A stretch of 64,000 bases of DNA from Obrimoposthia wandeli (Eukaryota). Made by a program: the position numbers and the translations under genes. The notes beneath the pieces were generated by a model. The model saw only the letters and a program-made list of their open reading frames with translations. It did not search any database and was not told the origin of the DNA. The stretch spans positions 4,526,001 through 4,590,000 of the forward strand of contig CDROCS010000253.1 in assembly GCA_977020255.1 (NCBI GenBank). Direction: 5' to 3'. Shown piece after piece: positions 1 through 8,976 of this stretch (its first letter is position 1; the number at the start of each line of letters is the position of its first letter).

Positions 1-1
1 A

Positions 2-319
2 ATGGGCACGACAACATCAGTGGGAGGTCCACCGATTGCATTAGTTTACCAAAACAGTAAACTTAGTACCGTAAGAGCAGAGCTTGGGCTTTTTTTTCTT
101 ATTGGCACGCTGGTCTCTCTGGCTATGTTATTTGCATCAGGCAATATAAATTATGCTCAAGTACAACTAACTTTGCCTTTGATCCCTGCGTTATTTATTG
201 GTTTTGGCTTGTCATTTTACTTGGATAAATACCTAGGACAGCGTTATTTAAAGCCATTAATTGCTACGCTTTCGCTGACGTCCTGTGGTGTTATTTTGCT
301 GAAAGTCTACTTTTATTGA
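2..319 (+). CDS. TauE/SafE (sulfite-exporter-like) membrane protein, C-terminal part (5' end outside window)
   Basis: Hydrophobic ORF open at the window edge; GTTTSVGGPP motif and helix pattern typical of the second half of TauE/SafE proteins. Confidence 0.75.
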   Translation: MGTTTSVGGPPIALVYQNSKLSTVRAELGLFFLIGTLVSLAMLFASGNINYAQVQLTLPLIPALFIGFGLSFYLDKYLGQRYLKPLIATLSLTSCGVILLKVYFY

Positions 320-498
320 CGTTTACTAAAGATTTAATTAACGTTTTTACTAAAGGTTATTGTTATTAAATAAGTGACTAAAATCAGCATTAATTAGCAT
401 CAACGTTACCCTTTATTTGTCATCTCCTTGCTCCTGAATAACCTGTTCCTCATAATGTCATGTCGCTCATCACATCCAAGCGTAGACAACTGGCAATA

Positions 499-657
499 AT
501 ACCAATCCCATTAAGTTTGTGATCTTGTTGTACATAGGGAAAATAAGTCAGGGCAAGGCGCTTGATTGAGCAATAGCTGGCTACTGGGATTGAGAGCAAC
601 GCTGACATGGAATATTTTAACCCGCACAAGTGGGCAATAAATCAATGGAATTGGTAT
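499..657. mobile_element. MITE-like intergenic element (159 bp) with 14-bp terminal inverted repeats
   Basis: Left end ATACCAATCCCATT (499-512); right end AATGGAATTGGTAT (644-657), whose reverse complement ATACCAATTCCATT matches 13/14. No ORF. A decayed copy lies near 32322. Confidence 0.7.
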
Positions 658-739
658 AACTTATTGAATAGGCCATTTTACATTAACGGAAGAAGTACTG
701 TAGCAATCCCCCTTTTAAGTATTCTTATTTTTAATAACA

Positions 740-768
740 AAAAACCGGCAAACTGCCGGCTTCTTATT
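740..768 (-). terminator. Intrinsic terminator downstream of RidA gene
   Basis: CCGGCA-aac-TGCCGG hairpin with an A-tract on its left (U-tract on the minus strand). Confidence 0.6.
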
Positions 769-815
769 TGACTCTAACTGCGATTAAAAATCATAATCGC
801 ACTTTTTCAAACTAT

Positions 816-1193
816 TTATTGTGGTACAGCCGCATACGCAACCACTTCACACAGCATTTCTTCGCGTGCCAAACCAGCAACAATCATTGCCGCTCTGTTA
901 GGATAAGGTGCTTGAAAATACTCAGCATACACTTTGTTAAACGCTGGTAACTGCTCACGAGCAGTGACATAAATAAGGACTTGCGTAACATCGTCCATAG
1001 TCAGTTTGGCTGCTTCAATTGTGTGCTTGAAGTTTTCCATGGTCTGACGTGCTTGCGCTTCAATTCCACCTTCAACTACCTGCCCTTGTGCATTAATTGG
1101 GATCTGAGCGGTTGATAAGGTGTTATTAGCAATAATTGCCCATTCTAACGGTGCTTTAGAAGCAAATAATTCTGTTTTTACTGGTGTTTTCAT
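816..1193 (-). CDS. RidA/YjgF/UK114 family protein
   Basis: 125 aa; LSTAQIP, IEAQARQTMENF, FNKVYAEYF..PYPNRA and CEV motifs; conserved Arg in PNRA. Confidence 0.9.
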   Translation of the reverse strand: MKTPVKTELFASKAPLEWAIIANNTLSTAQIPINAQGQVVEGGIEAQARQTMENFKHTIEAAKLTMDDVTQVLIYVTAREQLPAFNKVYAEYFQAPYPNRAAMIVAGLAREEMLCEVVAYAAVPQ

Positions 1194-1295
1194 AATTTTA
1201 CTCTGTAATTAAATTTAATCGATAACGTAACGCTTTAACAATAAATAACTTATTTAGTGTAGGTAGCGTTTGTCTTCAGAAGATAGGGATTAACC

Positions 1296-1333
1296 ATCAT
1301 GGTAGGTTCCTTTAAATAGGAACCTACCATGAT
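1296..1333. terminator. Perfect 16-bp hairpin between BCCT and RidA genes
   Basis: ATCATGGTAGGTTCCT-ttaaat-AGGAACCTACCATGAT; no clear U-tract, so terminator or mRNA-stabilising hairpin. Confidence 0.55.
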
Positions 1334-1346
1334 TAATTAGTTTGAC

Positions 1347-2906
1347 TTATAACCCTTGCTCATCGGCCATCTTGCGAGCAATTTGAGGTGCATTCCACAA
1401 GGATGGTAATAAAACCAAGGACACTGGAACTGCCGTTACCACAATAAATGATTGCAGTGCCGATATTCCGCCAGAGCCAATAGAGATAAGCAATGCTGCC
1501 ATAACACCCATCATAACGCCCCAAAATACGCGTAATGAACCCTGTGGAGAATCAGTCCCTGTCATTACCATAGATACTGAGTAGGTCATTGAATCACCCG
1601 TTGTCGCCACAAAAATAGTGGTTAATATCAAGAATAAGAACGATATTATCCAACCCAATGGCAACTGTTCTGTAATGGCAAGTAATGCCGCTGGTAAATT
1701 AAAACCAGTGAAAGGTTCTGAAATAACACCAGGTGTCGCTAACTCAAAAGCTAAACCACTGCCACCAACAATAGTGAACCAAAAACAGGTGATAACCGGC
1801 GCAACCACTGAAATAGTTAATATCATCTGACGGATAGTACGACCGCGAGATATACGGGCAACAAACATCGCCATTAACGGACCATAACCTAAAAACCATC
1901 CCCAAAAGAACACAGTCCACCAGTCAAGCCATGCAGTATTAGCACGGTAAGTCGCCATTGGAATAAAGTTATTTAGGTAAAGCCCAAAGGAGTGTAAATA
2001 ACTATCAAAGATAAAAGCAGTAGGACCAAAGATTAAAATAAATGCCATTAAGAAAATAGCGAGAACAATATTGATACTGCTTAAAAGTTGGATGCCTTTA
2101 GTAACACCACTCACTGCAGATAAGGTATAAATACAAATAAGACCAAACAATATCGCCAGCTGAGTCGTATAAGTATCAGGAATACCAAACAGTTTTTCTA
2201 AACCAAAGCTTACCTGTAAACCAAGAAAACCAATTGGGCCCACGGTACCTGCAACAACAGCGATCACACAACAAGAGTCAACAATAGTACCAAAAGCACC
2301 TTTCATCACTTTGTCGCCAAAGACAGGATAGAGTAAAGTACGCGGCTTTAACGGTAAGCCCTTATCATAATGTAAATGCATAAGCACTACGCCAGTCAAA
2401 CTACCCAAAATGGCCCAAGCTAAGAATCCCCAATGCATAAAGCTTTGTGCTAAAGCATTATAGGCGGCTTCTGCTGTGCCTGTTTCCCCACCGAAATGAG
2501 GAGGTGGGGAAGTAAAGTGCGCCATTGGTTCAGCTGCAGCCCAAAAGACACCGCCACCAGCAAGCAACGTACACATGATGATAGAAATCCATTTAAAGGT
2601 CGATATCTCAGGCGACTTTAACCCCCCTAACACAACACCACCAGTACGACTTATTGCCATAAAGATGCCAATAACAAAAGTCAGGAGCAGAAGTACTTGC
2701 CAGTAAGCGCCAAACATTTTGGTTGATGCAGCAAAAGCGGTATTAACCCAACTAGACATCATCTTAATATCATACAATGCTAATATAGCAAACAGCACCA
2801 GGGCGCCGCCACTAATCAAAAATACCGGTATATCTACCCCCTCTAGAAATTTGATTTTTGGCACTTTTACCTCGCTCTCTTCCACAACAGCTTTAGAAGT
2901 ATTCAT
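1347..2906 (-). CDS. BCCT (betaine/choline/carnitine) family transporter
   Basis: 519 aa, about 12 TM helices; AAEPM.HF, HWG..AWAI, WWTVFFWGWFLGYGP..MFVARISRGRTIR, FVATTGDS motifs. Confidence 0.95.
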   Translation of the reverse strand: MNTSKAVVEESEVKVPKIKFLEGVDIPVFLISGGALVLFAILALYDIKMMSSWVNTAFAASTKMFGAYWQVLLLLTFVIGIFMAISRTGGVVLGGLKSPEISTFKWISIIMCTLLAGGGVFWAAAEPMAHFTSPPPHFGGETGTAEAAYNALAQSFMHWGFLAWAILGSLTGVVLMHLHYDKGLPLKPRTLLYPVFGDKVMKGAFGTIVDSCCVIAVVAGTVGPIGFLGLQVSFGLEKLFGIPDTYTTQLAILFGLICIYTLSAVSGVTKGIQLLSSINIVLAIFLMAFILIFGPTAFIFDSYLHSFGLYLNNFIPMATYRANTAWLDWWTVFFWGWFLGYGPLMAMFVARISRGRTIRQMILTISVVAPVITCFWFTIVGGSGLAFELATPGVISEPFTGFNLPAALLAITEQLPLGWIISFLFLILTTIFVATTGDSMTYSVSMVMTGTDSPQGSLRVFWGVMMGVMAALLISIGSGGISALQSFIVVTAVPVSLVLLPSLWNAPQIARKMADEQGL

Positions 2907-2985
2907 TATTATAGTCTCCTGATAGTTCTCTTATCGTTATAATTTATTAAGTTCTACCTTTGTATTGAATGTCACTCAATACAAA

Positions 2986-3984
2986 CTAGTTCCCCAACAC
3001 TTGTGGTTTTAACCCCTCATCGAGTAAATTCAACCAGTTCATGCCCATGACCTTGGCGATATCTTCCGCCATAAAGCCTCGTTCTTGTAATCCTCGGGTA
3101 ATATTTGGAAAGTCACGGCTATCACGAAACCAAGATAACGGACGAGGCCAATCAGCATTTGCTTTTGAGCCTTCTCCATAATCCATTTCCTTTGACCAAC
3201 GTCCATTACGCATCCATTCAAGTACCGATAAAGGTTGTTCTTGACACAAATCTGTACCGATACCAATATGATCAATGCCCATTAAATCGGCAGTATTTGC
3301 CACCATATCGCAAAAATCATCCAAGCTACAATCAGGGCCATTTTTAAGATGAAACGGATAAAGGCTAAAGCCTAATAACCCACCTGATTCTCCCAATGCT
3401 TTTAGCACTGTGTCCGACTTATTGCGCTTGGCTTCATGGAAACTGTTCGGGTTGGCATGTGAGATCACAATAGGACGTTCAGAGATTTCTATCGCCTCTA
3501 AGGTACTACGCTCTCCACTGTGGCTCATATCTACCACCATACCAACACGGTTCATTTCCTTGATTACTTGTTTACCAAAGCGAGTAACACCACTGTCTTC
3601 TGCTTCATAACAACCACAAGCCAATAAGCTTTGATTGTTATAAGTCAGCTGCATAATCATCAGGTTGAGTTCACGCATGATCTCAACCATTGCTATATCA
3701 TCTTCAATAGGCGAGCAATTCTGCGCACCAAACATAATACCGACCTTGCCTAACTGTTTGGCAAGACGAATATCCGCCGTGCTTTTCACTGGCATGATCA
3801 AATCATGATGGAGCTCAAACTGGCGATTCCATTCACCTAATCGCAATAGTGTTTCTCTAATCTGTTCGTGGTAAACAACGGTGACATGCACCATGGTTAC
3901 ACCACCTTCTTTAAGCTGTTGAAAAATAGCCCGGTTCCAATTTGAGTACTGCAGGCCGTCAATGACAATAAGATCGTTATGCAT
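2986..3984 (-). CDS. M19 (membrane dipeptidase-like) amidohydrolase, atypical metal site
   Basis: 332 aa; LTYNNQS, EMNRVGMVVDMSH, ISHAN, RNKSD, HIGIGTD motifs. Confidence 0.9.
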   Translation of the reverse strand: MHNDLIVIDGLQYSNWNRAIFQQLKEGGVTMVHVTVVYHEQIRETLLRLGEWNRQFELHHDLIMPVKSTADIRLAKQLGKVGIMFGAQNCSPIEDDIAMVEIMRELNLMIMQLTYNNQSLLACGCYEAEDSGVTRFGKQVIKEMNRVGMVVDMSHSGERSTLEAIEISERPIVISHANPNSFHEAKRNKSDTVLKALGESGGLLGFSLYPFHLKNGPDCSLDDFCDMVANTADLMGIDHIGIGTDLCQEQPLSVLEWMRNGRWSKEMDYGEGSKANADWPRPLSWFRDSRDFPNITRGLQERGFMAEDIAKVMGMNWLNLLDEGLKPQVLGN

Positions 3985-3998
3985 AATGACTACTCGAT

Positions 3999-5441
3999 TT
4001 ATGAACGGATATAAGTGGTTTTTACGATAGTGTAAAATTCTTTTGCGTAGCTACCCATTTCACGTGAGCCAAAGCTAGAGTCTTTACGGCCACCAAAAGG
4101 TACGTGGTAATCAGTACCGGCTGTTGGCAAGTTCACCATCGCACAACCCGTTTGCGCATTGCGTTTGAAATGCGTTGCAGATTTAAGTGATTGCGTACAA
4201 ATACCACCCACTAAACCATAATTAGTGTCGTTCAGTGTAGCTAACGCTTCGTCATAGTCTTTCACTTTAATCACACAAGCGATCGGCGCAAAAGCTTCTT
4301 CACGGTTAATCGTCATTGCATTGGTGGTTTCGGTGAATAATGCTGGCGTTAGGTAATAACCTTCCGTTTCTTCAGTGATAACATCACCGCCACTCACTAA
4401 TTTACCACCTTCTTTTTTGGCAATTTCAAGATAGTTAAGGTTTTGCTTCATTTGACGAGCATCAGCAACAGCGCCAATATGAACGCCTTCACGTAAAGGA
4501 TGACCGACAACAAGTTGTTTCATTCTTGCAACAACCGCATCAACAAAACGATCGTGAATACCTTCAGTAACAATTAAACGCGATGAAGCAGTACATTTTT
4601 GACCTGTACCAAAGAAAGCACCGCCAACAGCACACTCAACAGCATTATCTAGATCCGCATCATCAAGCACGATGAGTGCATTTTTACTGCCCATTTCTAA
4701 TTGGCATTTTACTAAGTTTGTTGCTGTTGCTATGGCAACTTTCCGACCTGTTTCTAATGAACCAGTAAAAGTTAATGCGTTAATTTTTTTAGAGTTAATT
4801 AACAAGTCACCCACTTCTGCACCAGGACCCATTACTAGGTTAAACGTACCTGCAGGTAAACCTTGACGTGAGATGATTTCAGTTAATGCCCAAGCGCTCG
4901 CCGGTACTTGGTTTGCTGGTTTTAAAACAACCGAATTACCAAAGGCCAATGCCGGTGCAATTTTCCAAGCGGCAGTTGCCACAGGGAAGTTCCACGGTGT
5001 GATAATACCGACAACGCCAACAGGCTCTCTGCGGGTTTCAATTTCTATACCCGGACGAACTGAATCCGCAGTTTCACCCATTTGACGTAATACTTCAGCG
5101 GCATAATAATGGAAGAATTGACCAGAACGATAAATTTCGCCAGCGCCTTCAGGTAATGTTTTGCCTTCTTCTCGGGCTAACAACTTACCTAATTCATCTT
5201 TACGCGCAATAAGCTCATCACCAATGGCCATTAACACTGAATAGCGTTGCTCTAAGCCACTTTCTTGCCACTCAAGTTGGCCTTTAATCGCTGCGTCTAG
5301 CGCCGATTCGGCTTGTTCTTTGTTAGCTTGTGCGTAGTGACCAATAACATCACTGATGTCCGCTGGACTGATGTTAGCAAGTGAACTTGCGCCTTCTACC
5401 CATTCGCCATTGATGTAATTGCAAAAAATTGATTCAGACAT
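3999..5441 (-). CDS. NAD(P)-dependent aldehyde dehydrogenase, alpha-ketoglutaric semialdehyde dehydrogenase (YcbD)-like
   Basis: 480 aa from ATG 5441 (GGAGGT RBS); ITPWNFP, FTGS, EMGSKN, catalytic GQKCTA, EEAFAP, DYHVPFGGRKDSSFG. Confidence 0.9.
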   Translation of the reverse strand: MSESIFCNYINGEWVEGASSLANISPADISDVIGHYAQANKEQAESALDAAIKGQLEWQESGLEQRYSVLMAIGDELIARKDELGKLLAREEGKTLPEGAGEIYRSGQFFHYYAAEVLRQMGETADSVRPGIEIETRREPVGVVGIITPWNFPVATAAWKIAPALAFGNSVVLKPANQVPASAWALTEIISRQGLPAGTFNLVMGPGAEVGDLLINSKKINALTFTGSLETGRKVAIATATNLVKCQLEMGSKNALIVLDDADLDNAVECAVGGAFFGTGQKCTASSRLIVTEGIHDRFVDAVVARMKQLVVGHPLREGVHIGAVADARQMKQNLNYLEIAKKEGGKLVSGGDVITEETEGYYLTPALFTETTNAMTINREEAFAPIACVIKVKDYDEALATLNDTNYGLVGGICTQSLKSATHFKRNAQTGCAMVNLPTAGTDYHVPFGGRKDSSFGSREMGSYAKEFYTIVKTTYIRS

Positions 5442-5488
5442 AAATACCTCCATTAAATAATTGAAACTATTATAGGTAGTATGTTTTA

Positions 5489-5506
5489 ATAATAAAAATT
5501 AATAAA
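5489..5506. promoter_or_regulatory. Putative LysR binding site (T-N11-A)
   Basis: ATAATAAAAATTAATAAA in the divergent ALDH/LysR intergenic region; identical 18-mer at 6824-6841. Confidence 0.5.
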
Positions 5507-5531
5507 AAATATCTATTGATAAGGAATCCTT

Positions 5532-6467
5532 ATGTCACTACCTGAATTTAAAATAGCTCAGTTACGTCACTTCGTCTGGGTAGCTGAATTAAAAGGATTT
5601 CATACGGCGGCAGAAAAAGCTTGTCGAACTCAACCAGCAATATCTTTGTCCATTAGAGATCTAGAAAATAAACTGAGTACGGGACTTTTTGAAAAGCGTA
5701 ATGCAAAAACGTCAAATACTGAGCTAACACCTTTTGGTCAATATTTTTTACCTAAGGCGAAAGAACTTATTGCTCATCATGACAATGTTGCTCAGGATAT
5801 GGCATTGATGAGTGAACATAAAACAGGCCATTTACGTCTTGCTTCAGTACCCTCCATTGCGTGTAGGATGTTACCCGAGTTGTTATCAAAATTTATCGCT
5901 GATGTACCAGAGCTTCATATTAGTTTTTACGATGATAACTCCGAAGCGGTATTAAGAAAGGTTGAAAAACAACAAGTAGATATTGGGATCGCCAGTTTGC
6001 CCCATGGCCATGAACATGCCGACATCACTTTTACCCCTATCTGGGAAGATCAACTTGGTGTGGTTTGTCGTGAAGATCACCCTTTTGCGGATATGACTGA
6101 ACTACATTGGAAAGAGTTACGTAAACAACGATTGATCAGAAATGGTACCTCACGCCTACTTGAAGATACCGAAGCAGAGCCTTTATTAAGCGACTCGCAA
6201 TTTCTTATTTCTAATATGCTGTCATTAATCGCTATGCTTGAAGAAGGTCTTGGCATCACTACTTTACCCTGGTTTGCTTTTCCTAAAAATAATAACAAGC
6301 TCCGCTTTATCCCACTAACAACGCCTAAAATTGTCCGCCATATTGGGATAGTTCAGCTTAAAAATAAATCGTTATCCCCAGCAGCAGAAGCGCTGGCGAA
6401 CTTCATTTTGAAAAATACTAATCAAGATAAGGCTAAGGATGTGGAGTCTGACAACAACACTGAATAA
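5532..6467 (+). CDS. LysR family transcriptional regulator
   Basis: 311 aa; N-terminal HTH (QLRHF..VAELKGFHTAAEKACRTQPAISLSIRDLE) plus substrate-binding domain; divergent from the ALDH operon. Confidence 0.95.
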   Translation: MSLPEFKIAQLRHFVWVAELKGFHTAAEKACRTQPAISLSIRDLENKLSTGLFEKRNAKTSNTELTPFGQYFLPKAKELIAHHDNVAQDMALMSEHKTGHLRLASVPSIACRMLPELLSKFIADVPELHISFYDDNSEAVLRKVEKQQVDIGIASLPHGHEHADITFTPIWEDQLGVVCREDHPFADMTELHWKELRKQRLIRNGTSRLLEDTEAEPLLSDSQFLISNMLSLIAMLEEGLGITTLPWFAFPKNNNKLRFIPLTTPKIVRHIGIVQLKNKSLSPAAEALANFILKNTNQDKAKDVESDNNTE

Positions 6468-6517
6468 AAAAAGCACTATAACCAAAGCAAGAGTTGCCTT
6501 TGGTTATAGTGCTTTTT
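6468..6517. terminator. Long bidirectional terminator hairpin
   Basis: AAAAAGCACTATAACCAAAG...CTTTGGTTATAGTGCTTTTT (20-bp stem plus inner GCAA/TTGC) between the convergent LysR gene and small ORF. Confidence 0.85.
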
Positions 6518-6564
6518 ATTGGTATTAAATATTTCATTGCCACCAGTGCTGTGGCGAAATAAAA

Positions 6565-6747
6565 TCAATTGTAACCACGCACATAACTTTCCGTACTAAC
6601 ATCATTACAAAGTGCTTGCTCATTATTGCTTACATGCTGTTGGCTATTTTTAGTAGACGGGTGTTTATTCTCGCTAACAGCGACTTCTTTATGCTCTAAA
6701 TTTTTGGCGTTGAAATAATTACTATCGTTATTAGTTAGTGAATTCAT
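6565..6747 (-). CDS. Small polar hypothetical protein (60 aa, ends ESYVRGYN)
   Basis: GAGG RBS 7 nt before ATG 6747; terminator downstream; putative LysR box upstream. Confidence 0.55.
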   Translation of the reverse strand: MNSLTNNDSNYFNAKNLEHKEVAVSENKHPSTKNSQQHVSNNEQALCNDVSTESYVRGYN

Positions 6748-6823
6748 GGTGCACCTCAATCAATGTTTGCGGTTTACAAAGTACCGCTGTTGAATAGGCT
6801 ATGATTATAGTAAGCATTTTTTG

Positions 6824-6841
6824 ATAATAAAAATTAATAAA
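6824..6841. promoter_or_regulatory. Second copy of putative LysR binding site
   Basis: 18/18 identity to 5489-5506. Confidence 0.5.
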
Positions 6842-7257
6842 TAATATACAACGATAAAAAAAACTTATTCATGTTAGTAAAAATAAAATATCCGCAATAA
6901 AATTTTAGCTAATAAATTTATCCGATAATCTATCTGTTACCTTGTCATTAAACTCAATATCCCTCAAACAAAAAATATAATTGATATTTAAATAATAGCC
7001 ATATTATTCAAACAACTAACTACTACCAATAAGTTTTCCTTATCAGCTGATAGACCTTATTGGCTTGTATAAAGTGACAAAACTGGCCAAAAATAACATC
7101 ATATTCAATGAGGTCATTTTATCGACTTCATTAATAACCATGTTGATTTTATAAAGCGTCAACGGGTTAATACTGAATTTACTTCAAGACAAGAACAACA
7201 AGAAAATCGAAGCTAATTCAGATAACATATTTTGTATAGCAAATGAGGAGCAGTAAA

Positions 7258-8967
7258 ATGACAACAAATGCAGCTATCCACTCATCGCTTTGGGGTGAAA
7301 ATTCTTTACCACTTCGTCCTGCAAGTCAGGTGATGAAATTAGAGCGCCTTGGCGCTTACCACCAAAGTCGCCTAAGTTTCATGCGTACTTTGGTACGTCG
7401 AATATTTCGTGAACGCTGGAAGATTGAACCTTCCGTTTTTGAACTCGACCATGATGGCTACGGCACGGTTGTCTATGAAGTACAAGCTCCACATGGACTA
7501 TTCAGTTTTGTACTGTTTTCTGATTACCTTTCACCCGATGAACGAAATGACCGTGTAATTGCCACCAAGTGGGACCTTACTATGGCCCTAGTTGAAGGTA
7601 AGGTTGACCAAGCATATATTGAACAATTACGTGAAAACGTACCTAAACAAGAAGCTGGACGCGTAGATGCCCGTGTTTTTGTTTTATCTCGTGCCAACCG
7701 CAGCGCACGTAACTTTGATTATGTTGTAAACCAACTTGCTGCAGGGGAACAACCTGATGTAGCTAAAATTATTGAAGTGGGTTATTTATATCGTACTACT
7801 GCTGTTTATGGCAGCGGTAAACTCGGTATGGCTGATTGGGAAAAAGTGAAAGAAAAGCATAAAGATTTTGCCCGACCATTTGCCGGTGAAATGTTTGTTT
7901 GTTTGATGCTGCGCAACTTCAGTCTATTACAAGTTGAACATATTGCTCGCCATAAAAAGCCCGATACATTTAATCTGATGAAGCCTGAAATAAAGCGCTA
8001 CTTTGGTATTGGTAATTCAACGGGTTTAGGTATGGCGCCTTATTTGGTCAATCACCCACTGCTTATCAACCAATGGGTAGAAATGCGTGAATTGGCTTTA
8101 GCACGTATTCGTGCACTCGGCAGCGTTAACCAACAAGTACGTGAAACAATTAGTCAATTGATTGACCGCAGCGCACAACATACACTTGAAACACAGACTG
8201 AAGATGCGTGGCAAACCAATAATAATAAAGCGGTCATTAAAGATATGGCCTGCCTGAAAGATCGTATTGAAGGTGGTTTTGATTCATGGAACGAATTGGT
8301 TGAGCATAGTGAACAACATTGCTCATTACAGGGCCAAGAAATGTTAGTGTCTTGTATGCTCGAAATATACCCTGAACTTGTTGATGAATTAGAAGATTTT
8401 CACACAGCAGAAGAGTTTTTAGACCTTGATCCACTTATGCCTGCTGAGCAACTTAAAAGTATCATCGAAAAACGTTATGACTGGGCGCTAGCAATAGATT
8501 TTGACGCCGAAGGCGCTCGAGAAACTTACTGGTATCGTTCAGAAGAAAAAATGGAGCCTCGTTTAGGTATTGTTGCTGATATTGAAGGTAAAAAGAAACA
8601 AATGGCACTGGGTGTCGGGTATGCCGTACGTAAATGTTATAACCAATTAATCGATTATATCGCGCTAAATCCAGAGCACACCACCGCTCGATTTATGGTT
8701 GCCTATCCAAAATTACGTGGCATTGTCAGACGTATTCAAGGCATGAACCGCTGTGTTTATGGAGACATTCAAGCAAACCTGTTAGACAGAGAAGTATTAC
8801 CAATGCACTTATTACGCGCTAAATTAGCATTTTTTGGTGTGAGTAAGTTTGATCCCCGTTCTCGTTTATGGGTACGTAATACCATGTTCCAGGGTGCGCC
8901 ACTGTTAGAAGAAATTGGCCAAGCATTTAATGACGACTGGTTTATGCCACTAGCACCAAAGCAATAG
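7258..8967 (+). CDS. Hypothetical protein, 569 aa, probable enzyme of unknown family
   Basis: Long clean ORF, GAGGAG RBS before ATG 7258; soluble composition; motif-like Gly-rich segments (YRTTAVYGSGKLGMAD, GIGNSTGLGMAPYLVNHP). Confidence 0.85.
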   Translation: MTTNAAIHSSLWGENSLPLRPASQVMKLERLGAYHQSRLSFMRTLVRRIFRERWKIEPSVFELDHDGYGTVVYEVQAPHGLFSFVLFSDYLSPDERNDRVIATKWDLTMALVEGKVDQAYIEQLRENVPKQEAGRVDARVFVLSRANRSARNFDYVVNQLAAGEQPDVAKIIEVGYLYRTTAVYGSGKLGMADWEKVKEKHKDFARPFAGEMFVCLMLRNFSLLQVEHIARHKKPDTFNLMKPEIKRYFGIGNSTGLGMAPYLVNHPLLINQWVEMRELALARIRALGSVNQQVRETISQLIDRSAQHTLETQTEDAWQTNNNKAVIKDMACLKDRIEGGFDSWNELVEHSEQHCSLQGQEMLVSCMLEIYPELVDELEDFHTAEEFLDLDPLMPAEQLKSIIEKRYDWALAIDFDAEGARETYWYRSEEKMEPRLGIVADIEGKKKQMALGVGYAVRKCYNQLIDYIALNPEHTTARFMVAYPKLRGIVRRIQGMNRCVYGDIQANLLDREVLPMHLLRAKLAFFGVSKFDPRSRLWVRNTMFQGAPLLEEIGQAFNDDWFMPLAPKQ

Positions 8968-8976
8968 GAGAGTTCT

